Positions 57,968-64,000 of a DNA stretch of 64,000 nucleotides are shown here, piece by piece. Below the pieces are notes generated by a model. The model saw nothing but the letters and a program-made list of their open reading frames with translations. It was not told the origin of the DNA and made no database searches. The stretch comes from Macrostomum lignano. Lineage: Eukaryota. The position numbers and the translations under genes were made by a program. The stretch covers positions 79,692 through 143,691 of the forward strand of contig NIVC01000704.1 in assembly GCA_002269645.1 (NCBI GenBank). Reading direction: 5' to 3'. The stretch's first letter is position 1. Each line of letters opens with the position of its first letter.

Positions 57968-58640
57968 GAAGGACCCTGAGGTCCCGAGGAGATGGCGGCT
58001 GTGCATATTAAAGGACCCTGAGGTCCTGAGGAGATGGCGGCTGTGCATATTAAAGGACCCTGAGGTCCTGAGGAGATGGCGGCTGTGCATATTAAAGGAC
58101 CCTGAGGTCCTGAGGAGATGGCGGCTGTGCATATTAAAGGACCCTGAGGTCCTGAGGAGATGGCGGCTGTGCATATTAAAAGACCTGAGGTCCTGAGGAG
58201 ATGGCGGCTGTGCATATTAAAGGACCCTGAGGTCCTGAGGAGATGGCGGCTGTGCATATTAAAGGACCCTGAGGTCCTGAGGAGATGGCGGCTGTGCATA
58301 TTAAAGGACCCTGAGGTCCTGAGGAGATGGCGGCTGTGCATATTAAAGGACCCTGAGGTCCTGAGGAGATGGCGGCTGTGCATATTAAAGGACCCTGAGG
58401 TCCTGAGGAGATGGCGGCTGTGCATATTAAAGGACCCTGAGGTCCTGAGGAGATGGCGGCTGTGCATATTAAAGGACCCTGAGGTCCTGAGGAGATGGCG
58501 GCTGTGCATATTAAAAGACCCTGAGGTCCTGAGGAGATGGCGGCTGTGCATATTAAAGGACCCTGAGGTCCTGAGGAGATGGCGGCTGTGCATATTAAAA
58601 GACCTGAGGTCCTGAGGAGATGGCGGCTGTGCATATTAAA
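57968..58640. repeat. 42-bp tandem repeat, ~16 copies
   Basis: Unit GGACCCTGAGGTCCTGAGGAGATGGCGGCTGTGCATATTAAA. Confidence 0.97.
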
Positions 58641-59624
58641 GCACAGATGTCGCATTAGAATGCTATTCTTTGGTGGGCTTCATTTTTTAGGGGCTGGCGT
58701 CACTTCCATCATGACTGCAGTGGTCCCTGGTCGGTCCAATCCACTGCGCAGATGGAATTAGCGGTCCCTGTCCGATCCAGCGGTTTCATTTTTTTCATAG
58801 ACAGCGGAGGCCCGGCGCAGGTCAGGACAGGTGGCTCCAGGCTCCAGCAGTGGAATTGGGCGGGGTTATAAAATGCAGGCATGCACAGACAGACAGCTCG
58901 AAGTGAGGAATGCACAAAGGTTGAGGGGCGTGAGAATGCATTCCGATGAACGCGCGGGGCTTTCCAAAAAGTTCCTTCCGGGTGGCCGCAGCTGTTGCAA
59001 TGACCGGCTTGAGACCGAAGGGATTCCTCCATGCGGGATGCAGGCCAGCTCCGCTGAGGAACATCCTTGATAGCGCCCAGCCGGTGAGGGCCAACAAGAG
59101 AAATCCGGATTCCTTATCAGTCGCCCACCCCCCAGGGGGTGCATTACCTGCCCCCTCCCCCCGACCGAAGTCAGGTTGTTCCTGTTCTCCCACTGTTGCT
59201 TCGTTCGCTTTTTTTTCAATGCAGGGCCTCCCCTGGCGCCGACCTTTTTGTCCATTAGCAGCCCCGCTGCCCCCAAGTTCCCACAGAGCTGCCCGTACTG
59301 CAGGGGCGGCTCGGGGCTTGGGAAATGTTGCTGATCACAGCCTCGGGCCCTCCAGGGGCTCAATTGTCATGCCGTGTCTTTCATTGAATTTCCTGCCCCG
59401 CCGCCAAAAGCAGTCAATCAGCTGGCGATCTGGGGCTGCACTGTGAAACCAGCCGAAACAGGCGCCTTGGCATCCTGCTTGTTGTCACGTGATACACGTG
59501 GTCCGCGTGTACAGAGGTCAGAGTGGTCAAACTAAAAAATTCCTTTAATCTACAAAATCCGATTTCACAATCACAAGGCTTCACGAGCCTCACATTATTC
59601 GACTTCAGTGATCTTTCAAATGCT

Positions 59625-60835
59625 TTATCCCCAATCTCCCAATCCCCAGTCTCAAAATCCCCACAATCCCCAATCCCTAATCTCCCCAATCCCCAATCTC
59701 CCCAATCCCCAATCTCCCCAATCCCCAATCTCCCCAATCCCTAATCTCCCCAATCCCCAATCTCCCCAATCCCCAATCTCCCCAATCCCCAATCTCCCCA
59801 ATCCCCAATCTCCCAATCCCCAATCTCCCCAATCCCCAATCTCCCCAATCCCCAATCTCCCCAATCCCCAATCTTCCCGATCCCCAATCTCCCAATCCCT
59901 AATCTCTACAATCCCCAATCTCCCCAATCCCCAATCTCCCAATCCCCAATCTCCCCAATCCCCAATCTCCCCAATGCCTAATCTCCCCAATCCCCAATCT
60001 CCCAATCCCCAATCTCCCCAATCCCCAATCTCCCCAATCCCCAATCTCCCCAATCCCCAATCTCCCCAATCACTAATCTTCCGATTCCCAAATCTCCCCA
60101 ATGCCTAATCTCCCCAATCCCCAATCTCCCCAATCCCCAATCTCCCAATCCCCAATCCCCCCAATCCCCAATCTCCCAATCCCCAATCTCCCCAATCCCC
60201 AATCTCCCCAATCCCCAATCTCCCCAATCCCTAATCTCCCCAATCCCCAATCTCCCCAATCACTAATCTTCCGATTCCCAAATCTCCCCAATGCCTAATC
60301 TCCCCAATCCCCAATCTCCCCAATCCCCAATCTCCCCAATCTCCAATCTCCCAATCCCCAATCTCCCAATCCCCAATCTCTACAATCCCCAATCTCCCAA
60401 TCCCCAATCTCCCAATCCCCAATCTCCCCAATCCCCAATCTCCCCAATCCCCAATCTTCCCGATCCCCAATCTCCCAATCCCCAATCTCCCCAATCCCCA
60501 ATCTCCCCAATCCCCAATCTCCCCAATCCCCAATCTTCCCGATCCCCAATCTCCCAATCCCCAATCTCCCAATCCCCAATCTCCTCAATCCCCAATTTCC
60601 CCAATCCCCAATCTCCCCAATCCCCAATCTCCCAATCCCCAATCTCCCCAATCCCCAATCTCCCAATCCCCAATCTCTACAATCCCCAATCCCCAATCTC
60701 CTCAATCCCCAATCTCCCAATCTCCAATCTCCCAATCCCCAATCTCCCCAATCCCCAATCTCCCAATCCCCAATCTCCCAATCCCCAATCTCCCCAATCC
60801 CCAATCTCCCAATCCCCAATCTCTGCAATCCCTAA
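59625..60835. repeat. CCCCAATCT / CCCCAAT mixed micro-minisatellite with some higher-order blocks
   Basis: Marker CACTAATCTTCCGATTCCCAAATC repeats at ~60070 and ~60260. Confidence 0.95.
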
Positions 60836-61544
60836 CCTCCAAAAGCATAAAAAACTCCAAAATCTTCACGCTTTACAAAATTGTCAAGTCAAGTTTCTGC
60901 AACCCAGTCGAATCCCGAGTCAAACAATCAGAAATTCGGGGACCCCGTAGCAACCAAGCCCCCCTCCGGTGCAGCTCGGGTCTCCGGCGCCGCAGACACG
61001 GATTGATAAAGCAGAGAGCAGCGCCATTGAAATGAACGGAATGAATGGCACCGCAATCCGATATCATTGCTGGATGCTGAGGCCTAACTTTGCGCAAATC
61101 ACTGCATAAAGTATTCTGTGGCAGGGGTCACGCATCAGTGACCCAAATCTGAGACCTTCGTTCTGGTGTCGAAGTTTATGACTCTGGGAGAACAGGGAGC
61201 CGCCTGCCTCCTTCCCCTGCACCTGCGGCATCAGTCGGTTCAGCTTCCTTCGAGTTTCCAACTTTAGCCCGCTTTGGAGTTATCCCCCTCCCTAGCAACC
61301 GAATCGAAACTGCAGCTTTTTATTTCTAGTTTTTATCTTGACATCGATTTTTTTCTTTGTATCAAGTGAGTGCAAAACTTGATACTTTATTGAGCCTCGG
61401 GATCTCTCGGCCATGTATTCTGTAGACTGCAAATGAACCGTCTTTGAACAAATTAACAAAGACGTCAGTGTGCCGGTCTCGAGGCGGGTGACTTGAGACT
61501 TGACAGCTGACATGAGTCCCTCAAATTATGGCGTTTCAAACGAT

Positions 61545-62015
61545 GGCAGATGAGAGAGAGAGGAGAGGGAGAGGCTATAGGGGAGCGGAGAGACGGAGAG
61601 GAGAGAGTAGAGAGTAGAGAGTGGAGAGGAGAGGTGCATAGTAGAGAGGGAGAGGGAGAGTGGAGAGGAGAGAGTGGAGCGTAGAGAGGGAGAAGGAGAG
61701 TGGAGAGGAGAGAGTGGAGCGTAGAGAGGGAAAAGGAGAGTGGAGAGGAGAGAGTGGAGCGTAGAGAAGGAAAAAGAGAGTGGAGAGGAGAGAGTGGAGC
61801 GTAGAGAGGGAGAAGGAGAGTGGAGAGGAGAGAGTGGAGCGTAGAGAGGGAGAGGGAGAGTGGAGAGGGAGAGGGAGAGTGGAGAGGGAGAGGGAGAGTG
61901 GAGAGGGAGAGGGAGAGTGGAGAGGGAGAGGGAGAGTGGAGAGGGAGAGGGAGAGTGGAGAGTAGAGAGTAGAGAGGGAGACGGAGACGGAGAGTGCAGA
62001 GGAAAGAGTGGGAGA
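61545..62015. repeat. GA-rich minisatellite (GAGAGGGAGAGGGAGAGTG)
   Basis: Direct reading. Confidence 0.9.
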
Positions 62016-62764
62016 GGATGAAGATACACTGAGATATTGAAATGGCTCTTTGCTAATACTTGTCGGGGCAACTATGAATCCACAGAAGGGGAAGGAGTAG
62101 CAGATGCGGGATTAAAATGCTGGTACCATTGTCATTTGGGTTAATTTAGGAACAAGCTGACAAAGTGAACAATTTCAGCAACAGCATGCAGGCCGGGCTG
62201 CAGACAAATCAAAGAAGACAGACAGGTAGATGTTTGGACTGCTGAAAGAAGCCAATTTTCAGGTGATCGCCCTGCTGAGAGCTCCCTGCTGCTGCTGGAG
62301 GGGGAGCCAGTCTCAGTCTTGAAGAACAAAGAGGCGGCCGGTGTTCGCCGATAACTGCCGCGGTTCTTCAACCCGTCTGTTTGTGCCAAAGTCTTGGGGG
62401 CCCTCGCTTCAAATGAGTAAATATTTATAGTCAATGCTGATAGCCGCTCCCCTGCAGCCATTGCTGCTTCTGTGAGGCTGAAAGCAGCAATTTGTGACAG
62501 GGATGGGATGAAGCTGCTTGAAGATTCGCAGTCTCCGGGTCGGGTGGGGATGACAAGGACGCGTTTTCAGCTTTTAAAGAAGGATGCTGACGTCATTTCA
62601 TTGATATCCTGTAGGCTGGGTGGCTGTCATCTCCGGGGCCAAGGATAAACACAGCTTTGCCAGCCATTGATCACCCGGCTGACAACACAGCTGCAATAGA
62701 AATTCCTCATATGCCAATCTTCACAACTCTTAGTGGCTGACAAATTGGGTGATAGGATGCTGGA

Positions 62765-63170
62765 ACCCGCTGCCTCATCTGGAATCTGCTGCCTCACCTG
62801 GAATCCGCTGTCTCACCTGGAATCCGCTGTCTCACCTGGAATCCGCTGTCTCACCTGGAATCCGCTGTCTCACCTGGAATCCGCTGTCTCACCTGGAATC
62901 CGCTGTCTCACCTGGAATCCGCTGTCTCACCTGGAATCCGCTGTCTCACCTGGAAGCCGCTGTCTCACCTGGAATCCGCTGTCTCACCTGGAATCCGCTG
63001 TCTCACCTGGAATCCGCTGTCTCACCTGGAATCCGCTGTCTCACCTGGAATCCGCTGTCTCACCTGGAATCCGATTTTTCACCTGGATTCCGATTTCTCA
63101 CCTGGAATCCGCTGTCTCACCTGGAATCCGCTGTCTCACCTGGAATCCGCTGTCTCACCTGGAATCCTCT
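62765..63170. repeat. 19-bp minisatellite AATCCGCTGTCTCACCTGG (~21 copies)
   Basis: Direct reading. Confidence 0.95.
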
Positions 63171-63714
63171 GTCTCCACTCTCCACCTTGTCTGAAATTCA
63201 CACTGCCCCACGTGAATACTTCAGTGTTCAAGTTAGCGAAAGTTGCATGAATCAAGACCCAACTAGTCTACTGTTAGTAGAAAAGCAAGGTTAAAAATTA
63301 TTATTTCGTGGACTGAACTGCGTAAATTTGTTTTGCAATTTCCAAAGTAAAAAAAATCAGACTCAGTTCCCCAGTCGTTTGCAATCAGTCTTATGAACGT
63401 CTAATCCATAAAATTATTGGGATATTTTAAGAATTCATGTTAGAGGTACATACGCTTGTGTATTAATCTGAATGCATTGCTGGTTTGGATTTGTAGACTG
63501 GTGATTAACAAAGTGATTAATAGGCATCTTGTGCACGCATCGCTGTTCGGAACCATGAATTCGATTTTGTGCCTGTATGACCATTTCTGTGCCTCTACAA
63601 GGCAAATCTATTTATATTTATAGAAGCGGAATTTCTTGATTTTCTAAGATAGATTCTGCATAAAGTTTTTAGCGTTTGGACTAAGGGTCGGGATTAAGGA
63701 TCAGGATTTAAAAT

Positions 63715-64000
63715 CAAGATTTAGGATCGGGACTAGGGATCGGGACTAAGGACTGGGACTAAGGATCGGGACTAGGGATCGGGACTAAGGACTGGGACTA
63801 AGGATCGGGACTAAGAATTTGGACTAATGATCGAGACTAAGGATCGGGACTAAGGATCGGGACTAGGGATTGGGACTAAGGATCGGGACTAGGGATCGGC
63901 ACTAGGGATCGGGACTAAGGATCGGGACTAAGGATCGGGACTAAGGATCGGGACTAAGGATCGGGACTAAGGATCGGGACTAAGGATCGGGACTAAGGAT
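63715..64000. repeat. 13-bp minisatellite GGGACTAAGGATC, running off the window end
   Basis: Direct reading. Confidence 0.95.

Noticed and set aside
58709-62461. ORFs of 100-165 aa upstream of FoxF
   Set aside because: No domain similarity recognised, and no consistent splice and phase chain could be built.

Overview
Eukaryotic, intron-containing animal DNA. GC3-rich exons sit in AT-rich spacers and very abundant minisatellites. The style resembles the flatworm Macrostomum, but that is an inference, not an identification. I reconstructed ten protein-coding genes by hand from splice sites and reading-frame continuity. Plus strand: VIPAS39/SPE-39-like, DCAF12-like WD40, SRSF7-like SR protein, Enhancer-of-zeste (EZH) H3K27 methyltransferase, FHL/limpet-type LIM protein, an intronless class-A peptide GPCR, and an N-myristoylated EF-hand protein that the ORF track misses. 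Minus strand: an orphan Cys-rich membrane protein, a divergent 375-aa actin-like protein and a 4-exon FoxF. Mobile DNA comprises an internally deleted mariner, two hAT-type MITEs with perfect 8-bp target-site duplications, another TIR-bounded MITE and a fold-back element. About 30 distinct tandem arrays are present, and most long ORFs in the track are artefacts of them. The most notable patterns are: (i) most of the larger introns hold their own private minisatellite, and several units carry splice-signal consensus motifs; (ii) sharply bounded CpG-depleted domains lie upstream of two housekeeping genes; (iii) there are two possible operon/trans-splicing gene pairs. No rRNA, tRNA or CRISPR features were found.
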